Positions 1 through 9,334 of a DNA stretch of 64,000 nucleotides are shown in pieces. Position 1 is the stretch's first letter. Each line of letters opens with the position of its first letter. The notes beneath the pieces are model-generated. The model was not told where the DNA came from. It did no database searches and saw only the letters and a program-made list of their open reading frames with translations. Source of the DNA: Truepera sp. (GTDB lineage Bacteria; Deinococcota; Deinococci; Deinococcales; Trueperaceae); assembly GCA_965218435.1 (NCBI GenBank), contig CBDCKW010000009.1:1792001-1856000 (forward strand). Reading direction: 5' to 3'. Position numbers and translations under genes: made by a program.

Positions 1-121
1 GCGCCTGACGCTGCCGCACCCCGGCGACCACGAAGCCATCACCTTTACGGCGCAGGTTCCGGCTGATATGGTAGAGGCGTGGCTAGCGCTCGGCGGGACT
101 TGGCCCGCTGAACTCGACTGA
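1..121 (+). CDS. RluA/RluD-family pseudouridine synthase, 3' end (partial)
   Basis: Frame from nt 2 reads RLTLPHPGDHEAITFTAQVPADMVEAW...ELD* (TGA 119-121), matching the LxFxHP...FxAxxPxDM C-terminus of RluA/RluD enzymes. Not in the ORF track. Confidence 0.7.
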   Translation, partial: RLTLPHPGDHEAITFTAQVPADMVEAWLALGGTWPAELD

Positions 122-286
122 GGTCGCGGATTATTTAGCCTGTCGGTCCTGCGCTGGGGCAACTGCTCAAATGAAACGTGATTTAGCATCCCAAAATCGT
201 AGCAGCGTAGCTATTTTTGTCACCTAAAGTTCTGTAACCTTAAAATACTGGCGCTCGGTGGGGGCGCACATATAGGGGGGATACAT

Positions 287-2557
287 ATGAGCACACGTTA
301 CCTTGAACATAAGATTGCGGTGCTGGGCAATTTTCCGCCGCGGCGTTGCGGCATCGCCACCTTTACCGCCGACCTCGTTGACGCACTTGCAGCGCAGAGC
401 ACAGGGTCGGTTTTTGCAGTTGCGATGAACGACACGGCCGAAGGCTACCGTTATCCCGAACGAGTCCGCTTCGAACTAACTCAAGCCGACTACGCCGACT
501 ACTTGCGCACCGCCGACTTTTTGAACTTGCAAAATGTTGATGTGGTGAGCGTCCAACACGAGTTCGGGATTTTTGGTGGACCCGCCGGTGAACACCTCTT
601 AGCCCTTTTGCGCGAGCTTAGAGCGCCGGTCGTGACTACCCTTCATACGGTATTGGAGCACCCTAACAAGGACCAACGCAGGGTGATGGACGGCCTGATT
701 AGGTACTCCGAACGCCTGGTGGTGATGAGCGCCCTCGGCCGGAAGTTTTTAAGGACGGTTTACGGTGTACCGGAGAGTAACATTGACCTGATTCCGCACG
801 GTATCCCCGATGTACCTTTTACCGACCCCGGTTTTTACAAAGATACGTTTGGCGTCGAGGGTAAAACGGTGCTGCTGACCTTTGGGTTGTTGTCGCCCAA
901 TAAAGGGCTCGAGCACGCCCTACGCGCCTTACCCGAGATTGTCAGCGCACATCCGGACGTGATCTATATCATCTTAGGGGCGACTCATCCGCACCTGCTG
1001 CGTACCGAAGGCGAGAGCTACCGGTTGTCGCTGCAGCGCCTCGCCCGGTCGCTCGGCGTCGAACAGCACGTGGTGTTTTACGACCAATTCGTCGAACTCA
1101 GCGACCTATTGACCTTTATCAGCGCCGCCGACCTCTACTTAACCCCATACACCAACCGCGAGCAGATCACCTCGGGGACGCTCGCCTACGCGCTCGGCGC
1201 GGGCAAAGCGATCGTGTCAACGCCCTACTGGTACGCCGAAGAACTCTTAGCGGACGGCTGCGGGGTACTGACGCCGTTTGCCGACCCGGACGCGCTGGCG
1301 CAAAACGTGCTCGAGGTTTTAGAGAACGCGCCAGCCCGCGACGCGATGCGTAAACGCGCCTATTTGCGTGGCCGCGAGATGACCTGGAGCGCCGTGGCCG
1401 CACGTTATCAGGACGCGTTTGGGCAAGCGACCCATCCCGGTACGGCGCGCGCCGCGTTACCCGAACCACTCGCCGCCAGACCCACGGAGTTTCCGCCACT
1501 CGACCTGCGGCACCTCAAAACGCTGACCGACGACACCGGTATGTTGCAACACGCGCTTTACAGCGTGCCTAACTATCACGAGGGCTACACCACCGACGAC
1601 AATGCTCGGGCGCTGATTGCGGAGGTGCTGCTCGAGGCTTACGGAGCCGCCGAAGTAGGAGAAGCGAGCAAGTATCTGGCGTTTCTCAACTACGCGTTCG
1701 ATCCCGAAACCCGGTCGTTTCAGAACGTGCTGACCTACGAACGCCGCTGGTTAGACCGTTCTGAAGACGCACACGGTCGCGCACTCTGGGCGCTCGGGAC
1801 AGTGTTAGGGCGCTCGCAAGATGACAATTTGCGGGGGCTCGCGGGGTATCTTTTTGAGCTGGCCTTACCCGAAGCATTGCACTCGAGCAGTCCGAGGGCG
1901 TGGGCGTTTACGCTTTTGGGGCTGCGAGACTATTTGGGGCGTTTTTGCGGCGACCGCGCCGCGCAGCGTTTGCAAAAAACGCTGGCGGACAAACTGGTTG
2001 CGCTTTACCGGACCCACAGTGCTCCCGACTGGCCTTGGTTTGAACCTGTTTTAAGTTACTGCAACGCCAAACTGCCGCACGCGCTGATCGCCACCGGGAC
2101 GAGTTTAGGTCAACCCGACCTGACTGAGCTGGGACTATCAACGCTCGACTGGCTGATCCGTGAACAGACGAACGGCGAACACGTCTCTTTCGTCGGCAAT
2201 AGCGGCTTTTACCCTCAAGGTGGCCCCAGAGCGACCTTCGACCAGCAACCTATCGAGGCCCACGCGCAGGTTTCAGCGTGTTTAGAGGCGTACCGAGCCT
2301 CAGGCAACGCGCGGTATCTAACCGAGGCGAACCGCGCGTTCGAGTGGTTTTTAGGCGAAAACGACCTCGGCTTGCCCCTTTATGACCCGCACACCGGTGG
2401 GTGTTACGACGGCCTCCACCCCGACCGGGTCAACCGCAATCAGGGCGCTGAATCGTCGTTGGCCTTTTTGCTGTCGCTGCTCGAGCTGCGGTTAGAGGCG
2501 CGGCGACCCCTGCCGGAAGTTGAGCTGCAGCTCGAGCCTACAGCCGCAGCCGACTAA
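287..2557 (+). CDS. GT4 glycosyltransferase fused to a C-terminal glycosidase-like helical domain
   Basis: N-terminal PPRRCGIATF, QHEFGIFGG, TFGLLSPNKG, SGTLAYALG (GT4). C-terminal DDTGMLQHA...GYTTDDNARAL...FDQQPIE...DGLHPDRVNRNQGAES domain. GGGGGA RBS. Confidence 0.85.
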   Translation: MSTRYLEHKIAVLGNFPPRRCGIATFTADLVDALAAQSTGSVFAVAMNDTAEGYRYPERVRFELTQADYADYLRTADFLNLQNVDVVSVQHEFGIFGGPAGEHLLALLRELRAPVVTTLHTVLEHPNKDQRRVMDGLIRYSERLVVMSALGRKFLRTVYGVPESNIDLIPHGIPDVPFTDPGFYKDTFGVEGKTVLLTFGLLSPNKGLEHALRALPEIVSAHPDVIYIILGATHPHLLRTEGESYRLSLQRLARSLGVEQHVVFYDQFVELSDLLTFISAADLYLTPYTNREQITSGTLAYALGAGKAIVSTPYWYAEELLADGCGVLTPFADPDALAQNVLEVLENAPARDAMRKRAYLRGREMTWSAVAARYQDAFGQATHPGTARAALPEPLAARPTEFPPLDLRHLKTLTDDTGMLQHALYSVPNYHEGYTTDDNARALIAEVLLEAYGAAEVGEASKYLAFLNYAFDPETRSFQNVLTYERRWLDRSEDAHGRALWALGTVLGRSQDDNLRGLAGYLFELALPEALHSSSPRAWAFTLLGLRDYLGRFCGDRAAQRLQKTLADKLVALYRTHSAPDWPWFEPVLSYCNAKLPHALIATGTSLGQPDLTELGLSTLDWLIREQTNGEHVSFVGNSGFYPQGGPRATFDQQPIEAHAQVSACLEAYRASGNARYLTEANRAFEWFLGENDLGLPLYDPHTGGCYDGLHPDRVNRNQGAESSLAFLLSLLELRLEARRPLPEVELQLEPTAAAD

Positions 2558-2943
2558 TGGGAGCTGGGCAAGGCGCTACGTCTCCGCCAGAGCTCGCCCT
2601 CGAGTACGAACGGCGCTTAAACCTGCACAGCCCTGACGAAGTAGCCGAGTTAATTACAGATGACGCCGTATTTTGGTTTAACGACGGCTCTTATGAAGGA
2701 GTAGCAGCCATCAAAGAGGCGTTTGCAGAGGTGTGGCGCACCATCCACAACGAGCATTACGAACTAAACGACGTCCGCTGGCTCTGCTAAGCTGACACTT
2801 ACGCCGTTTGCATTTACACGTTCTCCTGGTCGGGCTTTATTGAAGGAAAACCTGCTTATGGGCAAGGGCGGGGTACGAGTGTATTTCGTCAAGAAAATGG
2901 CGCGTGGCGCATCGTTCACGAACATTTGAGCACGCCGACCTAG
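2557..2943 (+). pseudogene. NTF2/SnoaL-like (YybH/DUF4440-type) protein with an in-frame TAA at 2788-2790
   Basis: The same frame continues past the stop as ADTYAVCIYTFSWSGFIEGKPAYGQGRGTSVFRQENGAWRIVHEHLSTPT* (TAG 2941-2943), the typical NTF2-like C-terminus (W-x-I-x-HEHLS). Confidence 0.8.
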
Positions 2944-2958
2944 CATGACCCACCTACT

Positions 2959-3474
2959 ATGACTCATTCGGACCAGCCTTTTATCCTCACGCTGACTTTA
3001 GACGACGCTTTAGCCTACACACTTAACCAGCTGAGAAAAGCGCACTTTCCCAAAGAACGCAACTTTTTAGCCGCACACGTGACGCTTTTTCACGCTTTAC
3101 CGAGTGAGCGAGAGGCGGATTTGCGCCGTGACCTTGGCGAAATCTGTACGGAAACGCCGACGTTCGAGGTTCGTTTGCCTAAACTCGAGCATTGGGGTAA
3201 AGGGGTGTTTGCGATGCTCGAGGCTCCTCCTCTGCCAACTCTCAGAGCAGCATTAGCTGGGCGGTGGCACAGTTATCTGACGCCGCAAGATCGGCAGGGT
3301 TATAGGCCGCACGTGACGATTCAAAATAAAGTCTCAAAGGCTGAGGCGCTGGGACTTTATAACACACTCTCCCCTACCTGGCACCCGCTCACCGGTACCG
3401 CACTCGGTCTCACGCTCTGGCGCTACGCAGGCGGTCCCTGGACATTTGCCGATTCTTTTGGGTTCGCAGCGTAA
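2959..3474 (+). CDS. 2H phosphoesterase (2'-5' RNA ligase family)
   Basis: Two HxT motifs (AHVTL, PHVTI). Confidence 0.85.
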   Translation: MTHSDQPFILTLTLDDALAYTLNQLRKAHFPKERNFLAAHVTLFHALPSEREADLRRDLGEICTETPTFEVRLPKLEHWGKGVFAMLEAPPLPTLRAALAGRWHSYLTPQDRQGYRPHVTIQNKVSKAEALGLYNTLSPTWHPLTGTALGLTLWRYAGGPWTFADSFGFAA

Positions 3475-3495
3475 CTGAACGTTTGGCTAGCTTCC

Positions 3496-3529
3496 CAGCT
3501 AAGTAAACCCACAGCTAAGTAAACCCACA
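3496..3529. repeat. Perfect 16-bp tandem duplication CAGCTAAGTAAACCCA x2
   Basis: Copies at 3496-3511 and 3512-3527 (plus CA), intergenic, upstream of dctQ. Confidence 0.9.
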
Positions 3530-3627
3530 ACGTTAAGACCGTTATGCCTGTATTCAGCCTCGCAGACGCCGGAATGCCGTTATACTTGTGCAGATTATCT
3601 TTACATTTGACGGTGGTGGAGGCGGAT

Positions 3628-4218
3628 GTGAAAGCTTGGCTCGGTGTTTCAAAAGGAATTGACACGGTGACAACGGCGGTCGGCCGTGTGATGTTTTGGT
3701 TGACGCTGGTGATGATCCTGATCGGCGCGTTTAACGTTGTCACGCGTTACGTGGGCCGGTCACTCGGGATGTCGCTCGGCGGCACGCTTTATATTGCGCT
3801 GCAAACCCAACTTTTTGACCTTGTCTTTTTGCTCGGCGCAGCTTACGTCTTAAATAAAGACGGTCACGTTCGGGTTGACATCATCTACGCGAGTACGAGC
3901 GAAAAGGTCAGAGCGTGGATTGATATTTTTGGGACGCTGTTTTTTTTGTTTCCTTTTTGTGCGCTCGGGCTTTATCTGAGCTGGGGGTACGTCGGGCGGT
4001 CGTGGCGGCAGGGGGAGGTTAATACCAACGCGGGCGGCTTTCCGGTCTATCCGATTAAAACCGTGATCTTAATCGCGTTTGGACTCCTTATCTTGCAGGG
4101 TGTGAGCGAACTCATCAAACGGATCGCGTTTTTGCGCGGGGTTCCCGTGACCATCGGCAACGAGACACCGCAGGCGGCAGCTGGGAAAACACAAACACCG
4201 ACCGAGGCGGGCCGCTAG
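3628..4218 (+). CDS. dctQ: TRAP transporter small permease
   Basis: Four TM segments and a GHVRVD motif. GTG 3628 follows GGAGG (ORF track start 3544 is probably too far upstream). Confidence 0.9.
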   Translation: MKAWLGVSKGIDTVTTAVGRVMFWLTLVMILIGAFNVVTRYVGRSLGMSLGGTLYIALQTQLFDLVFLLGAAYVLNKDGHVRVDIIYASTSEKVRAWIDIFGTLFFLFPFCALGLYLSWGYVGRSWRQGEVNTNAGGFPVYPIKTVILIAFGLLILQGVSELIKRIAFLRGVPVTIGNETPQAAAGKTQTPTEAGR

Positions 4219-5594
4219 TGGAATACCTGAGCTTGTGGATGTTCGGCGTGGCGATTTTGCTCCTCTTAATCGGTTACCCGGTGGCGTTTAGTCTGGGCGG
4301 CACAGCGGTGCTCTTTACGCTCATCGGCAGCGACCTGCTACCTTCGTGGGGGTTGACGCTGCCGTGGGACGCGGTGTTTCCGCTGGCGCGGCTCAACATC
4401 TTACCGAACCGGATTTACGGCAATATCATGGACAACTACACGCTCGTGGCGGTGCCCTTTTTTGTCTTTATGGGCGTGATGTTAGAAAAGTCTGGGTTAG
4501 CTGAAGAGTTGCTCGAGACGATGGGTGCCCTGTTCGGCTCACTGCGCGGCGGGCTGGCGATTTCCGTCGTCGCCGTCGGCGCGCTGCTCGCGGCTTCGAC
4601 CGGCGTGGTCGGCGCGTCGGTCGTGACTATCGGCGTGTTGGCGCTGCCGGTCATGCTCAAATACAACTACAGCAAACCGCTCGCTACGGGCGTCGTCGCC
4701 TCATCGGGGACGCTCGGACAGATTATTCCGCCCTCTATCGTGCTGGTAATTCTGGGCGACCAAATCGGTGTGCCGGTCGGCAACCTCTTTTTAGGAGCGC
4801 TGATTCCGGGGCTGCTGCTCTCGGGACTCTTTATCTTATGGGTTATCTTCGTCGCCGCGACGCGCCCGCAAGACGCGCCTGCACTCCCGCCCGAAGCGCG
4901 TACGCTGCACGGCGGGGCGCTCGCCCTTAAAGTTCTTAAGAGCCTCGTCCCGCCGCTGTTTCTGATTCTCATCGTGCTCGGGACCATCTTTTTTGGCTTC
5001 GCCACCCCGACCGAGGCCGGGGCGATGGGCGCACTCGGGGCCATGCTGCTGGCGGCCATTAACCGCCGCCTCACCTTTCGTAACCTCACCGAAGCGATGC
5101 GGCAGACCGTCATTTTGACCAGTATGGTCTTTATTATTTTGGTCGGCGCGACCGCCTTTAGCATGGTCTTTACCGCGCTCAGGGGTGACCAAGTGGTAGA
5201 TAACTTTTTGCTTAACCTCCCCGGCGGGCAGTGGGGCTTTTTATTTTTTACGATGCTGGTTATCTTCTTACTCGGCTTCTTCATTGACTTTATCGAGATT
5301 TCGTTTATCGTCGTGCCGTTTGTCGTTCCGATTGCGGTGCGTTACTTCGGCCAAGACATGATGACCTGGTTTGGCATCTTGGTCGCCATGAACCTGCAAT
5401 CATCGTTTCTCACGCCGCCGTTTGGCTTCGCGCTCTTTTACCTTAAAGGGGTTGCGCCGCCGAGTATCAAGTCGCACCACATCTACCGGGGCATCATCCC
5501 GTTTATCTTGCTGCAGCTCTTGGCGCTTCTCTTGCTCGTCTTGTTTCCAGGGATCGTCAACTGGTTGCCGGGGCTGGCGAATCCGCAGGGGTGA
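4218..5594 (+). CDS. dctM: TRAP transporter large permease
   Basis: GYPVAFSLGG, SGTLGQIIPPSI, ATPTEA, FLTPPFG motifs. Coupled to dctQ. Confidence 0.95.
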   Translation: MEYLSLWMFGVAILLLLIGYPVAFSLGGTAVLFTLIGSDLLPSWGLTLPWDAVFPLARLNILPNRIYGNIMDNYTLVAVPFFVFMGVMLEKSGLAEELLETMGALFGSLRGGLAISVVAVGALLAASTGVVGASVVTIGVLALPVMLKYNYSKPLATGVVASSGTLGQIIPPSIVLVILGDQIGVPVGNLFLGALIPGLLLSGLFILWVIFVAATRPQDAPALPPEARTLHGGALALKVLKSLVPPLFLILIVLGTIFFGFATPTEAGAMGALGAMLLAAINRRLTFRNLTEAMRQTVILTSMVFIILVGATAFSMVFTALRGDQVVDNFLLNLPGGQWGFLFFTMLVIFLLGFFIDFIEISFIVVPFVVPIAVRYFGQDMMTWFGILVAMNLQSSFLTPPFGFALFYLKGVAPPSIKSHHIYRGIIPFILLQLLALLLLVLFPGIVNWLPGLANPQG

Positions 5595-5667
5595 ATAAGG
5601 AGTTAGAAGTCAGTTATCCGGTCGTCAGCAGTTGAAGCACAAGCTCGTCAAATAGCTGCATTCCAGT

Positions 5668-5694
5668 AAAAAGAAGCCCCCGATTCAGGGGGCT
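5668..5694 (-). terminator. Intrinsic terminator between convergent dctM and dctP
   Basis: AGCCCCC-gattca-GGGGGCT stem preceded by an A-rich tract (U tract on the minus strand). Confidence 0.65.
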
Positions 5695-5719
5695 CTGCAC
5701 TAGCACAGCTGAAGCGGGC

Positions 5720-6805
5720 TCAGCTTTCTTCTTGAGAATAAACGAAGTTTTGAAACGCGTACTCCGCTTGTTTGTGCCACGCCCTCACGCTATCGCGAAA
5801 GGTGGAAAAACTCTCCAAGGTCCGGCCGTAAAACTCATTGCCCTCTTTGTTCGCGTCGTGAATCTCGGTGATGTAGCCCTCTAAGGCAGCCAAAATCTCC
5901 GGTGAAAAGGTGCGTACCTGCGTACCCGAATCCATCAGGCGCTGCAAGGCCGGACCGTTCGCCGCTTCGTAACGGGAGAGCATCGTCTCATTGGCTGAAC
6001 TTGCCGCGAGCCGCACCGCTTCTTGAACTTCGGGCGGAAATCCGTTAAAGGTGTCTAGGTTGACGTACACGCAGAGCGTCGCGCCCGGCTCTTGCCAGCC
6101 TGGACCGTAGTAGTACTGCGCCGCCTTGTTAAGTCCTAAAATCTCGTCGTCGTACGGGCCGACCCACTCGGTTGCGTCAATTACGCCGGTATCTAACGCC
6201 AAGAAGATTTCACCACCCGGCAAGTTCTGCACGTTGACCCCGGCACGGGACATCACCTCGCCGCCGAACCCTGGAATACGCATCGTCAGACCCTTGAGGT
6301 CGGCGGGCGCGTTGATTTCACGGCGGAACCAGCCACCCATCTGGGTACCGGTATTGCCCGCAGCAAAGGCGATGAGGTTGTCCCGGGCGTTGATCTCGTC
6401 CCACAGTTCTTGCCCACCCCCCGCAATCAGCCACGCGTTATGCTGCTGCGCGGTCAAACCAAAGGGTACGGCCGTAAAAAACGCGTGCGCGAGGTCGCGG
6501 CCCGTGTAGTAGTACGAAGCGCTGTGCCCCATCGCAAACGCACCTGAAGACACCGCGTCGTACACCTCGAGCCCCCCGACCTGCGCCCCGGCCGGATAGA
6601 CGGTGACTTCAACTTCACCGTTGGTCAAATCTTTTAAGTTTTGCGCGACCGTCTCCCCGCCGCCGTAGATAATATCTAGCGATGAAGGAAAAGAACTGAC
6701 CATCTCGAGGCGCATACTCCCCTGGGCGCTTGCAAACATCAGCGGTGAAAAGGCGCTACTCGCCGCTATGACCCCGGACTTTTTTAGAAAATCCCGACGT
6801 TTCAT
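5720..6805 (-). CDS. dctP: TRAP substrate-binding protein, TakP/monocarboxylate type, Tat signal
   Basis: MKRRDFLK twin-arginine signal, GNTGTQMGGWF, MRIPGFGG, IDATEWVGPYDD. AAAGGAGG RBS. Confidence 0.92.
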   Translation of the reverse strand: MKRRDFLKKSGVIAASSAFSPLMFASAQGSMRLEMVSSFPSSLDIIYGGGETVAQNLKDLTNGEVEVTVYPAGAQVGGLEVYDAVSSGAFAMGHSASYYYTGRDLAHAFFTAVPFGLTAQQHNAWLIAGGGQELWDEINARDNLIAFAAGNTGTQMGGWFRREINAPADLKGLTMRIPGFGGEVMSRAGVNVQNLPGGEIFLALDTGVIDATEWVGPYDDEILGLNKAAQYYYGPGWQEPGATLCVYVNLDTFNGFPPEVQEAVRLAASSANETMLSRYEAANGPALQRLMDSGTQVRTFSPEILAALEGYITEIHDANKEGNEFYGRTLESFSTFRDSVRAWHKQAEYAFQNFVYSQEES

Positions 6806-7104
6806 CCGTCAACCTCCTTTAATTTTGTCTTGCTAGAGCAGTATACTTAGCCGCGCCGCCGTTTGGCAAACCTCGAGGTTCTCGTAAGCAGATTGCCAGA
6901 AACCCACACAAAGCGATGACTAAAGAGGCGCAGGCGTGAGAAACTACACTCATCGTCCCACTTCGCACGGATTATCTCATCCAAACTTGACTGTAAGGTG
7001 TATAAGTAACAGGAAGCCCACATTATCCCACGAGTCCTCGGCGTGGGTCGCACTTGAGAGCTTCCTAACGCTTTAGGTGTGAACCGAGGTTTGAAAGGAT
7101 AGTC

Positions 7105-8085
7105 ATGGATTACCAGAAGCTGTTCAAAAGTAAACTCGACCGTCGCCGTCTACTAGGCAATTTGGGATTGATGGGTGCTGGGGCCGTGATGACCGCGTGC
7201 GGCGGCGCAATCGGCCAACCGACAACTCCAACCCCTCCTACCAATCCCGGTACACCTGGCACTGACGTTGACAACGCCATCCTCAACTTCGCGCTTAACT
7301 TAGAGTACCTAGAAGCCGCCTTCTACCTCGCCGCCGTTGGCCGCATTAGCGAGATTATGGCCATTGGTGGTGACGCCGCGATTGACCTGCCCGAGGGTTT
7401 CGACGGCACTGCTTCAATGAAATTTATGAGCGATGACGTTGCCTCCTACGCCGCTGAGATCGCTCAAGACGAGCTGAACCACGTAAAAGCTCTAGTTGCC
7501 ACACTCGGTGACGCAGCTTCCGCTCGTCCTCATCTCGACCTTAGCAAATCGTTCGCTGGCGCTGCTGAAGCTGCCGGAATCCTCCCCACAGGCATGGGCG
7601 CAGCGTTTAATCCCTTTGCCAGCGACCTGTTCTTCCTTCACGGTTCATTCATCTTTGAAGATGTCGGGGTCACCGCCTATAACGGCGCAGCTCCTCTCAT
7701 TACAAAAGGCGCTGTCCTTGGCGCGGCTGCTAGCATCCTTGCAGTTGAGGCGTACCATGCCGGTGAAATCCGCACGCTTCTCTATCAGGAACGCGACACG
7801 GTTGCGATTCCTGGAGGTAACGGCCTCACCAAGCAGACCGTTCAAGAGGTTGTTCAGAAGATTTCCGACTTACGCGGTAGCGTTGGCGGTATGAAAGACC
7901 AGGGCATCGTGATGGGCGACAGTGCCAATATCATCCCAACTGATGACAACAGCCTCGCCTATGCTCGTACCCCAACCGAAGTTCTTAACATCGTTTACCT
8001 CGGTTCTGCGGGTACTCCCGCCGGTTTCTTCCCCGAGGGTGTCGTCCTTACAGCCGACGAAGCTAAGGCTCTTTTAGCCGTATAA
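7105..8085 (+). CDS. Ferritin-like desiccation-related protein (PCC13-62/DR_B0118-like), Tat lipoprotein
   Basis: ILNFALNLEYLEAAFY, EIAQDELNHV, IFEDVGVTAYNG, ILAVEAYHAG motifs. RRRLLG...MTAC Tat/lipobox signal. Confidence 0.88.
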   Translation: MDYQKLFKSKLDRRRLLGNLGLMGAGAVMTACGGAIGQPTTPTPPTNPGTPGTDVDNAILNFALNLEYLEAAFYLAAVGRISEIMAIGGDAAIDLPEGFDGTASMKFMSDDVASYAAEIAQDELNHVKALVATLGDAASARPHLDLSKSFAGAAEAAGILPTGMGAAFNPFASDLFFLHGSFIFEDVGVTAYNGAAPLITKGAVLGAAASILAVEAYHAGEIRTLLYQERDTVAIPGGNGLTKQTVQEVVQKISDLRGSVGGMKDQGIVMGDSANIIPTDDNSLAYARTPTEVLNIVYLGSAGTPAGFFPEGVVLTADEAKALLAV

Positions 8086-8099
8086 GTAAGTCCGCATCA

Positions 8100-8136
8100 G
8101 GTGTGAGGTAGTTCGCTACTTCACACCCACCTTTTT
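8100..8136 (+). terminator. Stem-loop, probable intrinsic terminator
   Basis: GGTGTGAGGTAG-TTCG-CTACTTCACACC followed by CACCTTTTT. Confidence 0.65.
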
Positions 8137-8194
8137 AACGCCCTATAACGTGCCCCTCACCGGAGGAGTGCTAAATTAGTAAGAGGAGGCTGTC

Positions 8195-8521
8195 ATGAAA
8201 TTTGGTTCTTTAGGTGTACCCGAACTGCTCATCATTCTGGTTGTGGTCTTGTTGGTCTTTGGCCCTCGCCGTTTGCCCGAGATGGCCAAAGGGATCGGTC
8301 AATCGGTGCGTGAGTTCCGCAAAGGTATCCGCGATATGAAAGACGAGATTGACCGCGACGACGAGCCTACGCAGGCCGCGCCCAAGCAGGCCAAAGTGGT
8401 CGAATCCGCCACGACGCCGACGGTCCAAACTGTTTCGGCTGCTACAGCCCAACCCGCTGAGAGCGCCGAAGTCAAGGTCTCACCGGTTCAAGATGAGACT
8501 AAAGAAGAGATCAAAGCTTAG
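8195..8521 (+). CDS. tatA: Twin-arginine translocase subunit TatA
   Basis: LGVPELLIILVVVLLVFGPRRLPEMAKGIGQSVREFRKG. GAGGAGG RBS. Confidence 0.95.
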   Translation: MKFGSLGVPELLIILVVVLLVFGPRRLPEMAKGIGQSVREFRKGIRDMKDEIDRDDEPTQAAPKQAKVVESATTPTVQTVSAATAQPAESAEVKVSPVQDETKEEIKA

Positions 8522-8599
8522 CTGTAGCTTGACAACCCTAGCTTGACGCGCTATCTGTTAACCTACCTTCCTTAGCTCACTAGACTCGAGGAACCACGC

Positions 8600-9334
8600 T
8601 TGACGCTGATTGACCACTTTGCAGAGCTGCGGACGCGCCTTTTTATTGCGCTTGGGGGCTGGCTCGTAGGGGCTTTTGCGGCTTTCTATTTTCGTACGCA
8701 ACTGCTCGCTTGGCTACGGGCACCGCTACCGGCTAATATCAACCTTATTGCCACGGGGATTCTCGAGCCTTTTAACGTTTCGATGCAGGTTACAGCATTC
8801 TTCGGTTTAGCACTCGCTTCACCCATCATCCTCGGTCAAATTTGGGGCTTTATCGCGCCTGGGTTGTTACCCGAAGAGCGGCGCTGGGCAGTGCCTTTCG
8901 TCTTTCTCACCGTGATGGCTTTTAGCGCCGGAATTGTTTTTGCTTACTACGTTATTTTACCGTTAGCGTTACCCATTATTGTTGGATTTTTAGGGAACCA
9001 AGTCGAGCTGCTCCCCCGTATCGGCGACTATATTTCAAAAGTGCTGCTCTACATGGGCGTCTTCGGCCTTATTTTTGAGATGCCCATTATCAGTTTTTTG
9101 CTCGCGCGTTTGGGCCTGATCTACGCGCCGATGCTCGTGGGCGTGCGCCGCTACGAAATCGTTGTAAGCTGTATTTTGGCGGCCGTAATTACCCCGACCG
9201 CTGACCCGCTCAACTTTTCGCTGGTCGCAATTCCGCTTATTTTACTCTATGAGCTGAGCATCATCGTGGTACGTGTGTCTCAGCAAAAGGTGCCCTTTGC
9301 GAGAGACGATTCAAGCTTTACGAACCCGAATTGA
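8600..9334 (+). CDS. tatC: Twin-arginine translocase subunit TatC
   Basis: HFAELRTRL, FIAPGLLPEERR, FEMP, AAVITPTADP motifs. Confidence 0.95.
   Translation: MTLIDHFAELRTRLFIALGGWLVGAFAAFYFRTQLLAWLRAPLPANINLIATGILEPFNVSMQVTAFFGLALASPIILGQIWGFIAPGLLPEERRWAVPFVFLTVMAFSAGIVFAYYVILPLALPIIVGFLGNQVELLPRIGDYISKVLLYMGVFGLIFEMPIISFLLARLGLIYAPMLVGVRRYEIVVSCILAAVITPTADPLNFSLVAIPLILLYELSIIVVRVSQQKVPFARDDSSFTNPN

Noticed and set aside
2788..2790. Recoding (Sec/Pyl) at the internal stop of the NTF2-like gene
   Set aside because: The codon is TAA, not TGA or TAG, and other genes in the window use TAA as a normal stop.
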